From sequence record PX132564.1: DNA of 47,573 bases. One strand, 5' to 3'. The translations under genes were made by a program, and so were the position numbers. This DNA is from a phage. Under the pieces are notes generated by a model. The model was not told the DNA's origin, ran no database searches, and saw only the letters and a program-made list of their open reading frames with translations. Positions 25,503 to 34,050 of this stretch are shown here, piece by piece; positions within the stretch are counted from its first letter, which is position 1; each line of letters opens with the position of its first letter.

Positions 25503-25598
25503 CAGGGAGACTTACACGGTAAGCGTTATTCCGAAGAGCTTAAAATTGAAGCAGTCAAACGGGTTGTTGAGCGTGTTTATGCGCTGCCATCTGATTAA
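25503..25598 (+). pseudogene. possible IS3-family transposase OrfA N-terminal remnant
   Basis: Short frame ...GKRYSEELKIEAVKRVVERVYALPSD* resembles the N-terminal HTH motif (KRYxEEFKxEAV) of IS3-family OrfA; only about 30 codons, no downstream transposase. Confidence 0.3.
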
Positions 25599-25806
25599 TC
25601 GACGGAAGCAGTTCCGTTTGGTCTATGATGCAGTTGTCCGGCAGGCGCTCTGTGACGCAAAAGAACGATAGGAGTAGCATTGAAGTGAACGAGGTTATGC
25701 TTGTCTTATATTATCCTCTATTTTAAAAACATCAGCTGGTTGTGTAAGAGTTTTTATTGTTTTATCTTGTTGACTTTGCTTTTATGAAAACAGAGTGATT
25801 GATACA

Positions 25807-26565
25807 ATGAAAACCTTAAGTGGGAAAGAGTTTAGGAAATTATTTAATCGTTATGAGACAGGATTCTATCTAAGTGAGTTTGAATACTTAAAGGACTTTG
25901 ATCCTTTGTTTCCTGAATGCGTAGGGAAAGAATTAAAGTTGGGTTATAAACGAAAAGTTGATGTATGGTGCGAAGAGGATGCTGCGCTATATGCAGAATT
26001 TATAGCTACAAAAGAAAGGCTGAAAAGAGGCCGGTTAATCCTAAAAATAAACCAAGTGTGGTCGCGTGTATATCCTGCTTATATTTATGCAATTGAAGAA
26101 AGAATAAATGTCAGGGCAAAGGGGAGAGAGTCATTTAAGTATGAAACTGTGCAAGAAAAACAATGTAAACTTTCCATAATGTTAGATGGTCTGAAAGACC
26201 TTGAATGTGAAATAGCTATGATTTCAAGTGAGTTTGAAATTGAAAAACACTCTATGCACTATTTTTATATGATTTTTGATATTGAACGCTATATAAATGA
26301 CTGCAGTTACTTTGTTTTTTCTGCTGCTAAAGTTGTTAAAGGCGTGATTCAATGCATTGGTTACATTGACAAAAATAACAAAGCAAGTTGCGATGAATTT
26401 TATTCAGGCAGCTATGAATGCTTGGATGATGATCAGGAAACACTGAACTATTTAAATGAATCATGCGCAGAGGGTATAGACGCTGATAAAGATCTCATCA
26501 GGAAGAATGAGTTATTAGCCTTATCCCTGAAGGAATTGTATCAACTTCTCGTTTCAAAAAAATAA
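25807..26565 (+). CDS. hypothetical protein, AT-rich orphan (252 aa)
   Basis: Long uninterrupted ORF MKTLSGKEFRKLFNRYETGFYLSEFEYLKDFDPLF... with markedly lower GC than flanking phage DNA; AT-rich upstream with TTGACT -35-like hexamer; no family recognised. Confidence 0.55.
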   Translation: MKTLSGKEFRKLFNRYETGFYLSEFEYLKDFDPLFPECVGKELKLGYKRKVDVWCEEDAALYAEFIATKERLKRGRLILKINQVWSRVYPAYIYAIEERINVRAKGRESFKYETVQEKQCKLSIMLDGLKDLECEIAMISSEFEIEKHSMHYFYMIFDIERYINDCSYFVFSAAKVVKGVIQCIGYIDKNNKASCDEFYSGSYECLDDDQETLNYLNESCAEGIDADKDLIRKNELLALSLKELYQLLVSKK

Positions 26566-26687
26566 CAAGTAATACGGCGAGCGATATGACGTGCCATGGG
26601 ATATCCGCACCCAGCAGCATGTTGTCTCCACGATGTCCGCAGTTCGCTCATAATAGACATTCACTACAGTTATAGTAGAAGGTATGC

Positions 26688-26846
26688 ATGCTGCTGAGTG
26701 GGGAAAGTGTGAAAGAAAAGAAGACAGCTGCTTTGTTTGTCGTCACGTTTATCTTCATTGGCTATGCAAGTCGTAATACAAGGCGGGACAAAACTGAGAC
26801 ACATAAGGCCTCGCAATGGCTTGCAAGGCCACACATGTATTGAGAT
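26688..26846 (+). CDS. possible small single-helix membrane protein (52 codons)
   Basis: MLLSGESVKEKKTAALFVVTFIFIGYASRNTRRDKTETHKASQWLARPHMY; below the track length cut-off; coding status uncertain. Confidence 0.2.
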
Positions 26847-26894
26847 GTTAATAAAATGTAGACTTGTAATTTTGATATAAATGGTAGAGAAAAT

Positions 26895-26907
26895 CTTTCC
26901 CCAAAAT
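26895..26907 (+). repeat. CTTTCCCCAAAAT, distal copy of the TTCCCCAAAA repeat family (candidate Int arm-type site)
   Basis: Same motif as the three tandem copies at 27256-27292, on the other side of the icd-homologous segment. Confidence 0.35.
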
Positions 26908-27024
26908 AAAAACGAACGTCAATGAAATCAAACGGTTGAATAAAGTTGATTTTGGCTAATACAAAGACAAGAAAATAATATTTATGATTAAATATCAGCG
27001 AGTTGAATACATAATTTTTATATA

Positions 27025-27189
27025 CTGCTGCGCCATATGGGTTGGACTGAAGCGGCTGACCTGATTGTTAAAGGTATGGAAGGCGCAATCAATGCCAAGA
27101 CCGTAACCTATGACTTCGAACGTCTGATGGAAGGCGCTAAACTGCTGAAATGTTCAGAGTTTGGTGACGCGATCATCAAGAATATGTAA
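27025..27189 (+). pseudogene. icd: phage-borne copy of the icd (isocitrate dehydrogenase) 3' end within attP
   Basis: Translates in frame to ...[54 protein letters not shown], the Icd C-terminus; no upstream icd body; lies just downstream of the int 3' end. Confidence 0.8.
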
Positions 27190-27212
27190 TCACTACATGT
27201 GTTAAATATTGA

Positions 27213-27241
27213 AACGGGCGTATAACACGCCCGTTGTTTTA
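27213..27241 (+). terminator. rho-independent terminator after the icd fragment
   Basis: ACGGGCGT-ataac-ACGCCCGT followed by TGTTTTA. Confidence 0.6.
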
Positions 27242-27255
27242 TGATGATGTAAAAT

Positions 27256-27292
27256 CTTCCCCAAAACTTTCCCCAAAACCCTTCCCCAAAAC
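27256..27292 (+). repeat. three tandem 12-13 bp direct repeats (C/T)TTCCCCAAAAC, candidate integrase arm-type sites
   Basis: CTTCCCCAAAAC / TTTCCCCAAAAC / CTTCCCCAAAAC at about 27256, 27268, 27281, just beyond the int stop. Confidence 0.4.
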
Positions 27293-27302
27293 TGGCTATT
27301 TT

Positions 27303-28445
27303 CTATGCTGTTTTGATATCTACGATAATCCAGTCTTTACCACGATCATCATTGTATCGGTCGGTCATTTTTCTGGATTTATGGCCTAACAACTTTTGCG
27401 TATCCAGACCCTGTTCCCGATATAACCGTTCTGACAGAGATCGCTGCTCATGAAATGTGGGCGCAGTTCCTTGCTCCCATTTTATGCCACATTTTTCCCG
27501 GGCCTTTTTAAAAGCCGTTGTCAGAGTATTTGCAGAAACCTGGTCTCCTCTGTTTGCTTGAGAGGTAGTGTGACGGTAATGGACCAGATATTTACTAACA
27601 ACAGCATCCCTGCACTGAGATATAACTTCACGAAGGGTAATATTCAGAGCATCGCATTTCAGGTTAAGCGGAATAGCAAGTTTTGAACCGGTTTTTTCCT
27701 GAGTAATGTGCAACATGTCGTCCCATATATCAGAGAATTTCAAATTGCAGATATCGCCTAAACGTTGTCCAGTAACAAGAGCAAGTAGCATGCCGCATTT
27801 TAAATAGGGCTGCCGTCTGCTTACGCTGTCAAATATTGCCTGCCATTCGGGCAGTGACAATCTTTGGCGGTTTACTCGATTTCGCGGTTGTTTTGTTGCC
27901 TGCGCTGGGTTAAATCCTGGCGGAACATGTCCTGCGTGTTGTGCTTCTTTGAAGACGTCGATCAACACCATTCTCACGACTTGCGCCATCCTGTTATGAC
28001 CTTCAGCCTTTACAGCATCAATTATTTCGGCAATATCAAGTGCGGTAATATCCTTGAGGTGTTGCATTCCACAATGCTCACGGAAAAGACGAATGGGTTT
28101 GCCTTTTTGCCGATAGGAGTTGGGTCTTAGTTCATTATGTTGCAGCCTGTCCTCTTGGATAGAAATATATTTATCAAGCCATTCTGTCACCGTAATGTCT
28201 GAGCGCCTGCCTTTCATTCTTTCCAGACGCTCATTGACGCTTAATATTTGTCTGGTACGTTGTTCAGCAATAATGGTATTTGCTTCAGTAGCAACTTGTT
28301 TTGCTTCATTCTCATCAGTTCCTAAGCTATGAAAACGACCGGATAGTGGATGTTTGTATTGCCAATATACCTTTCCGGTTCGCTTATCTAATTTGCAATA
28401 TAAATTGGGTATAGAGATTTTGTGAGATCGGGGTCTAGCAGCCAT
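27303..28445 (-). CDS. int: tyrosine integrase (lambda Int family)
   Basis: 380-aa protein; C-terminal catalytic region ...FHEQRSLSERLYREQGLDTQKLLGHKSRKMTDRYNDDRGKDWIIVDIKTA with R..H..R..Y arrangement; adjacent to attP and xis. Confidence 0.9.
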   Translation of the reverse strand: MAARPRSHKISIPNLYCKLDKRTGKVYWQYKHPLSGRFHSLGTDENEAKQVATEANTIIAEQRTRQILSVNERLERMKGRRSDITVTEWLDKYISIQEDRLQHNELRPNSYRQKGKPIRLFREHCGMQHLKDITALDIAEIIDAVKAEGHNRMAQVVRMVLIDVFKEAQHAGHVPPGFNPAQATKQPRNRVNRQRLSLPEWQAIFDSVSRRQPYLKCGMLLALVTGQRLGDICNLKFSDIWDDMLHITQEKTGSKLAIPLNLKCDALNITLREVISQCRDAVVSKYLVHYRHTTSQANRGDQVSANTLTTAFKKAREKCGIKWEQGTAPTFHEQRSLSERLYREQGLDTQKLLGHKSRKMTDRYNDDRGKDWIIVDIKTA

Positions 28446-28671
28446 CAGCGATTATCCTTTGGAGTTTTGGGTTTGCGTTTATTGGGAGTTGCGGTTCTGC
28501 AAGCGTTCCTACAAAACGGGAATTTCGGTCAATCATCCAGTAGCGACCAACTTTTATAGCGGGTGGGGCCATCATTTTCCCTTGCGCGTATTTTTTCAGA
28601 ACTCGCTCACTTGGTGCTAAGTCCCCAAATTCTTCTTTAGCCCAGTCCTGTAAAGTGATTAGTCGAGACAT
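28435..28671 (-). CDS. xis: excisionase
   Basis: 78-aa ORF overlapping the int start as lambda xis does; small basic DNA-binding-like protein. Confidence 0.7.
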   Translation of the reverse strand: MSRLITLQDWAKEEFGDLAPSERVLKKYAQGKMMAPPAIKVGRYWMIDRNSRFVGTLAEPQLPINANPKLQRIIADGC

Positions 28672-28810
28672 TTGTCCTCCTCTTAGCTGCTGAGGGAGTT
28701 TGTGACCGATATATCTGACATGATATTAAGCTCATGGCAGGTACATCTCTTGACTGGTCATAGAGATAAATTTAATGCTGAGAAATGCAGTATTGAATTT
28801 ATCAATTTTT

Positions 28811-29050
28811 CTATTTCCTGCGCATGTCACGTAACTTCTTAATGTGTTCTGCCGTTTCGATCTCTTCTGCTATCCGATCTGCATCAGCTTTATTCACAGG
28901 TTCAAAGTCATGATTAAAGCGGAACATGCTGGCGATACATGTTCTGCCTTTTCGGATGTAGTGAACTTTGTTGTGGGTAGAACGCAGGATTTTGCAGGGA
29001 GTGCCGTGGTGGTCGACGTACCAGGTGTTAGGGTCAATCACTCTGAACAT
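28811..29050 (-). CDS. hypothetical early-left protein (79 aa)
   Basis: ORF in the leftward operon between xis and exo; no family recognised. Confidence 0.45.
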   Translation of the reverse strand: MFRVIDPNTWYVDHHGTPCKILRSTHNKVHYIRKGRTCIASMFRFNHDFEPVNKADADRIAEEIETAEHIKKLRDMRRK

Positions 29051-29363
29051 TCTTGACCTTGTGTTGTGCGGATTGATATTCAGTGCTGATATTCACCTTT
29101 ATAGCGAACACCTTTACCGGTTTATCGCCAAAGTGCGGATGTGTGATTGTCTTCACTTCATATCCGTCATACGGAACATCAATTCTGCGACTGGAATCGT
29201 CGCGCTTCGGATATCCCTTTGTGATAATCAGGCGGTCATATTCCCGGAACATAATTCGCTTATTCCAGTAGTCATTACACAAGCGATACTCTTCCGTTTT
29301 CTCTCCGCGAATCATGGCATCGAAGTATTCACTTTTAACAGCAAGTTGCAGGTTAGCCATCAC
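29034..29363 (-). CDS. hypothetical protein, ASCH/PUA-like N-terminal motif
   Basis: 109 aa; LQLAVKSEYFDAMIRGEKTEEYRL resembles the ASCH-domain signature; coupled to neighbouring ORFs. Confidence 0.45.
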   Translation of the reverse strand: MMANLQLAVKSEYFDAMIRGEKTEEYRLCNDYWNKRIMFREYDRLIITKGYPKRDDSSRRIDVPYDGYEVKTITHPHFGDKPVKVFAIKVNISTEYQSAQHKVKNVQSD

Positions 29364-29581
29364 TTAATCCCCCTTTGTTTGCGGATAAGCTCCAGATCTT
29401 GCTGGCAACTGGCGCAAGTCCGACAACCCTGAACGGCCAGGCGTCTTCGTTCATCTATCGGATCGCCACACTCACAACAATGAGTGGCAGATACAGCCAG
29501 GTAGTTCAGGCGGCGCATTTTTATTGCTGTGTTGCGCTGTAATTCTTCTATTTCTGATGCTGAATCAATGATGTCTGCCAT
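29360..29581 (-). CDS. TraR/DksA-family C4 zinc-finger protein
   Basis: 73 aa with C-x2-C-x17-C-x2-C (CCECGDPIDERRRLAVQGCRTCASC), typical of phage TraR-like proteins. Confidence 0.7.
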   Translation of the reverse strand: MADIIDSASEIEELQRNTAIKMRRLNYLAVSATHCCECGDPIDERRRLAVQGCRTCASCQQDLELIRKQRGIK

Positions 29582-29679
29582 CTTTCATTAATCCCTGAAC
29601 TGTTGGTTAATACGCTTGAGGGTGAATGCGAACAATAAAAAAGGAGCCTGTAGCTCCCTGATAATTTTGCTTTTCATGT

Positions 29680-29961
29680 TCATCGTTCCTTAAAGACGCC
29701 GTTTAACATGCCGATTGCCAGGCTTAAATGAGTCGGTGTGAATCCCTTCAGCGTTACCGTTTCGCGGTGCTTCTTCAGTACGCTACGGCAAATGTCATTG
29801 ACGTTTTTATCCGGAAACTGCTGTCTGACTTTTTTGATTTCAGAATTAGCCTGACGGGCAATGCTGCGAAGGGCATTTTCTTGCTGAGGTGTCACTGAAC
29901 AAGCCCCATGTCGGCAAGCATAAGCACACAGAATATGAAGCCCGCTGCCAGAAAAATGCAT
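29680..29961 (-). CDS. hypothetical protein (lambda orf61 position); start uncertain
   Basis: 93-aa track ORF at the left edge of the lambda-like block; N-terminus unverified. Confidence 0.35.
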   Translation of the reverse strand: MHFSGSGLHILCAYACRHGACSVTPQQENALRSIARQANSEIKKVRQQFPDKNVNDICRSVLKKHRETVTLKGFTPTHLSLAIGMLNGVFKER

Positions 29962-29971
29962 TCAGTGGTTG

Positions 29972-30163
29972 TCATACCTGGTCTCTCTCATCTGCTTCTG
30001 CTTTCGCCACCATCATTTCCAGCTTTTGTGAAAGGGATGTGGCTAACGTATGAAATTCTTCGTCTGTTTCTGCTGGTATTGGCACAAACCTGACTCCAAT
30101 TTGAGCAAGGCTATGTGCCAAATCAATACTCGTTCTTAACTCAACAGGAGATGCTTTGTGCAT
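29972..30163 (-). CDS. lambda Orf63-like protein
   Basis: 63-aa [29 protein letters not shown]... at the lambda orf63 position relative to exo. Confidence 0.6.
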   Translation of the reverse strand: MHKASPVELRTSIDLAHSLAQIGVRFVPIPAETDEEFHTLATSLSQKLEMMVAKAEADERDQV

Positions 30164-30324
30164 ACCGCCCCCCGTTTATTATTTATCTCCTCAGCCAGCC
30201 GCTGGGCTTTCAGCGGATTTCGGATAACAGAAAGACCGTGAAATACCCAGCCTCGCTTTGTAACGGAGTAGACGAAAGTGATCGCGCCTACCCGGATATT
30301 ATCGTGAGGATGGGTCATCGCCAT
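30136..30324 (-). CDS. lambda Orf60a-like protein
   Basis: 62-aa ORF immediately downstream of exo (lambda orf60a position). Confidence 0.6.
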   Translation of the reverse strand: MAMTHPHDNIRVGAITFVYSVTKRGWVFHGLSVIRNPLKAQRLAEEINNKRGAVCTKHLLLS

Positions 30325-30995
30325 TGCTCTCCAAATACAAAACCAATTTCAGCCAGTGCTTCGTCCATTTTTTCGATGAACTCCGGCACCATCTCGTCAA
30401 AACTCGCCATGTACTTTTCATCCCGCTCAACCACGACATAATGCAGGCCTTCACGCTTCATTCGTGGGTCATAGTTGGCAAAGTACCAGGCATCTTTTCG
30501 TGTCACCCACATGCTGTACTGCACCTGGGCCATGTAAGCCGACTTTATGGCCTCGAAACCACCGAGCCGGAACTTCATGAAATCCCGGGAGGTAAACGGG
30601 CATTTCAGCTCAAGGCCATTGCCGTCACTGCATAAACCATCGGGAGAGCAGGCGGTGCGCATACTTTCGTCGCGATAGATGATCGGGGATTCAGTAACAT
30701 TCACGCCGGAAGTGAATTCAAACAGGGTTCTGGCGTCGTTCTCGTACTGTTTTCCCCACGCCAGCGCCTTAGCATTAACTTCCGGAGCCACACCGGTGCA
30801 AACCTCAGCCAGCAGGGTGTGGAAGTAGGACATTTTCATGTCAGGCCACTTCTTTCCTGAGCGGGGCTTTGCTATCACGTTGTGAACTTCTGAAGCGGTG
30901 ATGACGCCGAGCCGTAATTTGTGCCATGCATCATCCCCCTGTTCGACAGCTCTCACGTCGATCCCGGTACGCTGCAGGATAATGTCCGGTGTCAT
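30315..30995 (-). CDS. exo: exonuclease (Red-alpha)
   Basis: 226 aa [43 protein letters not shown]..., lambda Exo. Confidence 0.96.
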   Translation of the reverse strand: MTPDIILQRTGIDVRAVEQGDDAWHKLRLGVITASEVHNVIAKPRSGKKWPDMKMSYFHTLLAEVCTGVAPEVNAKALAWGKQYENDARTLFEFTSGVNVTESPIIYRDESMRTACSPDGLCSDGNGLELKCPFTSRDFMKFRLGGFEAIKSAYMAQVQYSMWVTRKDAWYFANYDPRMKREGLHYVVVERDEKYMASFDEMVPEFIEKMDEALAEIGFVFGEQWR

Positions 30996-31777
30996 GCTGC
31001 CACCTTCTGCTCAGTGGCTTTCTGTTTCAGGAATCCAAGAGCTTTCACTGCTTCGGCCTGTGTCAGTTCTGACGATGCGCGAATGTCGCGGCGAAATATC
31101 TGGGAACAGAGCGGCAATAAGTCGTCATCCCATGTTTTGTCCAGGGCAATCAGCAGAGTGTTAATCTCCTGCATGGTTTCATCGTTAACCGGAGTGATGT
31201 CGCGTTCCGGCTGACGTTCCGCAGTGTATGCAGTATTTTCGACAATGCGCTCGGCTTCATCCTTGTCATAGATACCAGCAAATCCGAAGGCCAGACGGGC
31301 ACACTGAATCATGGCTTTATGCCGTAACATCCGTTTGGGATGCGACTGCCACGGCCCCGTGATTTCTCTGCCTTCGCGAGTTTTGAATGGTTCGCGGCGG
31401 CATTCATCCATCCATTCGGTAACGCAGATCGGATGATTGCGGTCTTTGCGGTAAATCCGGCACGTACATGATTCATTGTCCTGCTCAAAGTCCATGCCAT
31501 CAAACTGCTGGTTTTCATTGATGATGCGGGACCAGCCATCAACGCCCACCACCGGAACGATGCCGTTCTGCTTATCAGGGAAGGCGTAAATTTCTTTCGT
31601 CCACGGATTAAGGCCGTACTGGTTGGCGACGATCAGCAATGCGATGAACTGCGCATCGCTGGCATCACCTTTAAATGCCGTCTGACGAAGAGTGGTGATC
31701 AGTTCCTGTGGGTCGACAGAATCCATGCCGACACGTTCAGCCAGCTTCCCAGCCAGCGTTGCGAGTGCTGTACTCAT
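30992..31777 (-). CDS. bet: recombinase Bet (Red-beta)
   Basis: 261 aa [48 protein letters not shown]..., lambda Bet. Confidence 0.96.
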   Translation of the reverse strand: MSTALATLAGKLAERVGMDSVDPQELITTLRQTAFKGDASDAQFIALLIVANQYGLNPWTKEIYAFPDKQNGIVPVVGVDGWSRIINENQQFDGMDFEQDNESCTCRIYRKDRNHPICVTEWMDECRREPFKTREGREITGPWQSHPKRMLRHKAMIQCARLAFGFAGIYDKDEAERIVENTAYTAERQPERDITPVNDETMQEINTLLIALDKTWDDDLLPLCSQIFRRDIRASSELTQAEAVKALGFLKQKATEQKVAA

Positions 31778-31782
31778 CCGTT

Positions 31783-32079
31783 TTATACCTCTGAATCAAT
31801 ATCAACATGGTGGTGAGCAATGGTTTCAACCATGTACCGGATGTGTTCTGCCATGCGCTCCTGAAACTCAACATCGTCATCAAACGCACGGGTAATGGCT
31901 TTTTTGCTGGCCCCGCAGCGTTGCAAATGATCGATGCAGAGTGATTCAAACAGGTGCTGTGGAAGACCTTTTTCCATGTCGTCTGCCAGTTCTGCCTCTT
32001 TCTCTTCACGGGCGATCTGCTGGTAGTGACGCGCCCAGCTTTGAGCCTCAAGACGATCCTGAATGTAATAAGCGTTCAT
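31783..32079 (-). CDS. gam: Gam (RecBCD inhibitor), 98-aa form
   Basis: [46 protein letters not shown]..., lambda Gam; the track shows only the 98-aa form open. Confidence 0.9.
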   Translation of the reverse strand: MNAYYIQDRLEAQSWARHYQQIAREEKEAELADDMEKGLPQHLFESLCIDHLQRCGASKKAITRAFDDDVEFQERMAEHIRYMVETIAHHHVDIDSEV

Positions 32080-32154
32080 GGCTGAACTCCTGAAAATGGC
32101 TGTGAAAATATCGCCTGCGAAATGCCGGGCTGATTAGGTAAACAGGAAAGGGGA

Positions 32155-32304
32155 TTAGTGATTCAGGCCGTTGCCGCGTCCGTCGAGAAAAACTTCCACG
32201 AGCAAATCACGGGTATAAGTGCGCTCGATGCCGCGATGCAGATAAAGCCGTCCGCGTAAATTAGCTGATGCAGTCCAGGTACCATCTTTGTGTTTGACCA
32301 GCAT
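32155..32304 (-). CDS. kil: Kil-like small protein (C-terminal part of track ORF 32155-32445)
   Basis: Stop is at the lambda kil position relative to gam; the upstream part of the 96-aa track ORF is not lambda-like, so the start is uncertain. Confidence 0.4.
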   Translation of the reverse strand: MLVKHKDGTWTASANLRGRLYLHRGIERTYTRDLLVEVFLDGRGNGLNH

Positions 32305-32651
32305 TCCTGGCATGACCGCACCGCGATTAACGGTCTGCGTTCCGTAATGTTGATGAACCATAAAAACTCCTGCCCGTAAGCTGGGCTGCTGAACATATAG
32401 AGACTTCTGCGCGTATTCAGGCGGTGGATGGCCGCCGGTTGTCATAACTAAGCCGCCTCGTTGAAGCGACTAAGGTATGAAATGTTGAGTTAATTTCAGC
32501 TGGTCACACCGACGTTCACGCGTCCGTTTCACCCCTCGCACTCCCCGAAGCCTGCTGAAATTCAAACTGCGGATCTAAGCGGTCATCGCAACGGTGAATC
32601 AGGTAGTTGCCGTATCGTTGTGTTGTTGCGATGAACTTATTTAAAACTATA

Positions 32652-32693
32652 GTTGTTTTATCGTCAACAACAAAAGTTGTTTTATTGGTTGTT
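32652..32693 (-). promoter_or_regulatory. OL-like operator cluster with leftward promoter
   Basis: GTTGTT / AACAAC hexamers at about 32652, 32666, 32676, 32688 forming GTTGTT-N8-AACAAC and AACAAC-N4-GTTGTT, the same half-site as the cI-cro operator; TTGACG -35-like on the minus strand. Confidence 0.45.
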
Positions 32694-32956
32694 TTAGATA
32701 TAACTGGTTGTATTTAGGATGGATTTATTTTGTGACTTGAATCGCATAGCGATAACTGAAGCGAGGTTATGGTGGTTTTTTTAACGGTGTGTGTGATGAG
32801 GGGAGGGCAAAAGAAAACCCGGCACGGTGACCGGGATTCTTACGCCGTTAGGTAAAGATATTATTGCGGTGGCTTAATATTACTACCTAGAGCAAAGATA
32901 GGAATTAGTTCTTTACTGAATGAGCACAATGCCCAGTTGATAATTTTTAATTGGTA

Positions 32957-33646
32957 CTACCCATGCTTCCTATATGTCTGCGGCATGCTCCCAATAACCT
33001 TACCGAAGATGAACACCCGGTTCATCTCGTCTTTCTCGATCGGGTCCCACGGTGAGTAGCTTTTGTTATCAGAGATGACCAGCAGCTTATCCTTCATCAT
33101 TTGCAGGCGCTTTACATGGGCTGTGTCGTCGTACAGAAACGCATAGATACCATCACCGTCGAAAGATTTAACTGTGATATCAACGAACAGCAGATCACCT
33201 GGTTCGATCGTTCCTGACATGCTGTCACCACGCACGTTAATGATGCGGATATTTTCCGCCTTCCTACCATCGAACATGTGACGAGCATCGTCAAACGAGT
33301 ACTCAACCGAGCGTAGAACTTCTACAAACTCACGGTTGATGACTCCCGGCCCAGCACTGACTTCTATATCAAGAACGTCAATCTTGAAGTATTTGGAATG
33401 GCTGACAGTTGATTGTATTGGTTGCACTGTACTGTCTGACATATTTCCAACGCCAGAAGATAACCATTCTGCGCGCACACCCAAAGCGTTCGCGATCTCC
33501 ACGATTTTAGTTGTTTGATTAGCTTTCCCTGTTTCGATTTTCTGAATAGCAGCCTGGCTAACCCCGACCAAATCCCCAAGCGCCTTTTGTGTAAGGCCTC
33601 GCGCTAATCTGGCTTCTTTAAGTCTTTCTGAGAGTGTTGTTTTCAT
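32957..33646 (-). CDS. cI: CI-type repressor (HTH_XRE N-terminus, LexA/S24 peptidase-like C-terminus)
   Basis: MKTTLSERLKEARLARGLTQKALGDLVGVSQAAIQKIETG... HTH, then C-terminal ...INVRGDSMSGTIEPGDLLFVD...VKRL... with Ser/Lys dyad motifs; divergent from cro; not lambda cI. Confidence 0.85.
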   Translation of the reverse strand: MKTTLSERLKEARLARGLTQKALGDLVGVSQAAIQKIETGKANQTTKIVEIANALGVRAEWLSSGVGNMSDSTVQPIQSTVSHSKYFKIDVLDIEVSAGPGVINREFVEVLRSVEYSFDDARHMFDGRKAENIRIINVRGDSMSGTIEPGDLLFVDITVKSFDGDGIYAFLYDDTAHVKRLQMMKDKLLVISDNKSYSPWDPIEKDEMNRVFIFGKVIGSMPQTYRKHG

Positions 33647-33690
33647 AGTCCAAATGTACAACCAAGGTTTTATTCCATCAAACGAAAATG

Positions 33691-33723
33691 GTTGTTGACT
33701 AAAAACAACCATAGTTTTAATCT
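33691..33723 (+). promoter_or_regulatory. OR-like operator palindrome overlapping a pR-like promoter
   Basis: ATGGTTGTT-GACTAAA-AACAACCAT palindrome; TTGACT (-35) inside it, 17-bp spacer, TAATCT (-10), then GGAGG RBS and cro ATG. Confidence 0.55.
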
Positions 33724-33750
33724 TGATTCAAATTAACCACGGAGGTTGTT

Positions 33751-33981
33751 ATGAACCCAGCTATCAAAACAGCGATCAATATCGTTGGTTCACAAAAGAA
33801 ACTGGGCGCTGCTTGCGAAGTTTCACAGCAGGCCGTCTATAAGTGGCTTCACAACAAAGCAAAGGTATCCCCTGAACATGTCGGCAGCATTGTTACGGCT
33901 ACTGGTGGAGTAGTGAAGGCATACCAGATTCGCCCGGATCTTCCGAAGTTGTTTCCACACACCGAAAAGAACGCAGCTTAA
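33751..33981 (+). CDS. cro: Cro-type repressor
   Basis: 76-aa HTH protein (…KKLGAACEVSQQAVYKW…) divergent from cI with strong RBS. Confidence 0.8.
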   Translation: MNPAIKTAINIVGSQKKLGAACEVSQQAVYKWLHNKAKVSPEHVGSIVTATGGVVKAYQIRPDLPKLFPHTEKNAA

Positions 33982-33993
33982 ATTTCCATTTCA

Positions 33994-34006
33994 CGCTCTT
34001 TAACAA
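33994..34006 (+). promoter_or_regulatory. boxA-like element (nutR position)
   Basis: CGCTCTTTAACAA just after cro, matching the rrn/lambda boxA consensus (T/C)GCTCTTTAACAA as I recall it; no obvious boxB hairpin follows. Confidence 0.4.
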
Positions 34007-34050
34007 TAAGCAATCAACTTAACAGTCAATTCAAACTAAAGGAGTCAATT

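Noticed and set aside
25387-25671. 94-aa plus-strand track ORF upstream of the orphan gene
   Set aside because: No RBS or family signal; the recognisable content here is the IS3-like remnant in a different frame.
27025-27189. Host flank, i.e. the window being an integrated prophage next to icd
   Set aside because: Only the last ~165 bp of icd are present, followed by a terminator and phage DNA on both sides, and cos is intact at the window join; this is the phage-borne attP copy.
32080-32199. Long 138-aa Gam form
   Set aside because: The track shows only the 98-aa ORF open, so an upstream in-frame start is not supported here.
33647-33712. Upstream start for cI (MVVFSQQ...) giving 251 aa
   Set aside because: That ATG lies inside the operator palindrome; the HTH domain begins right after the internal MKTTLSERL start.
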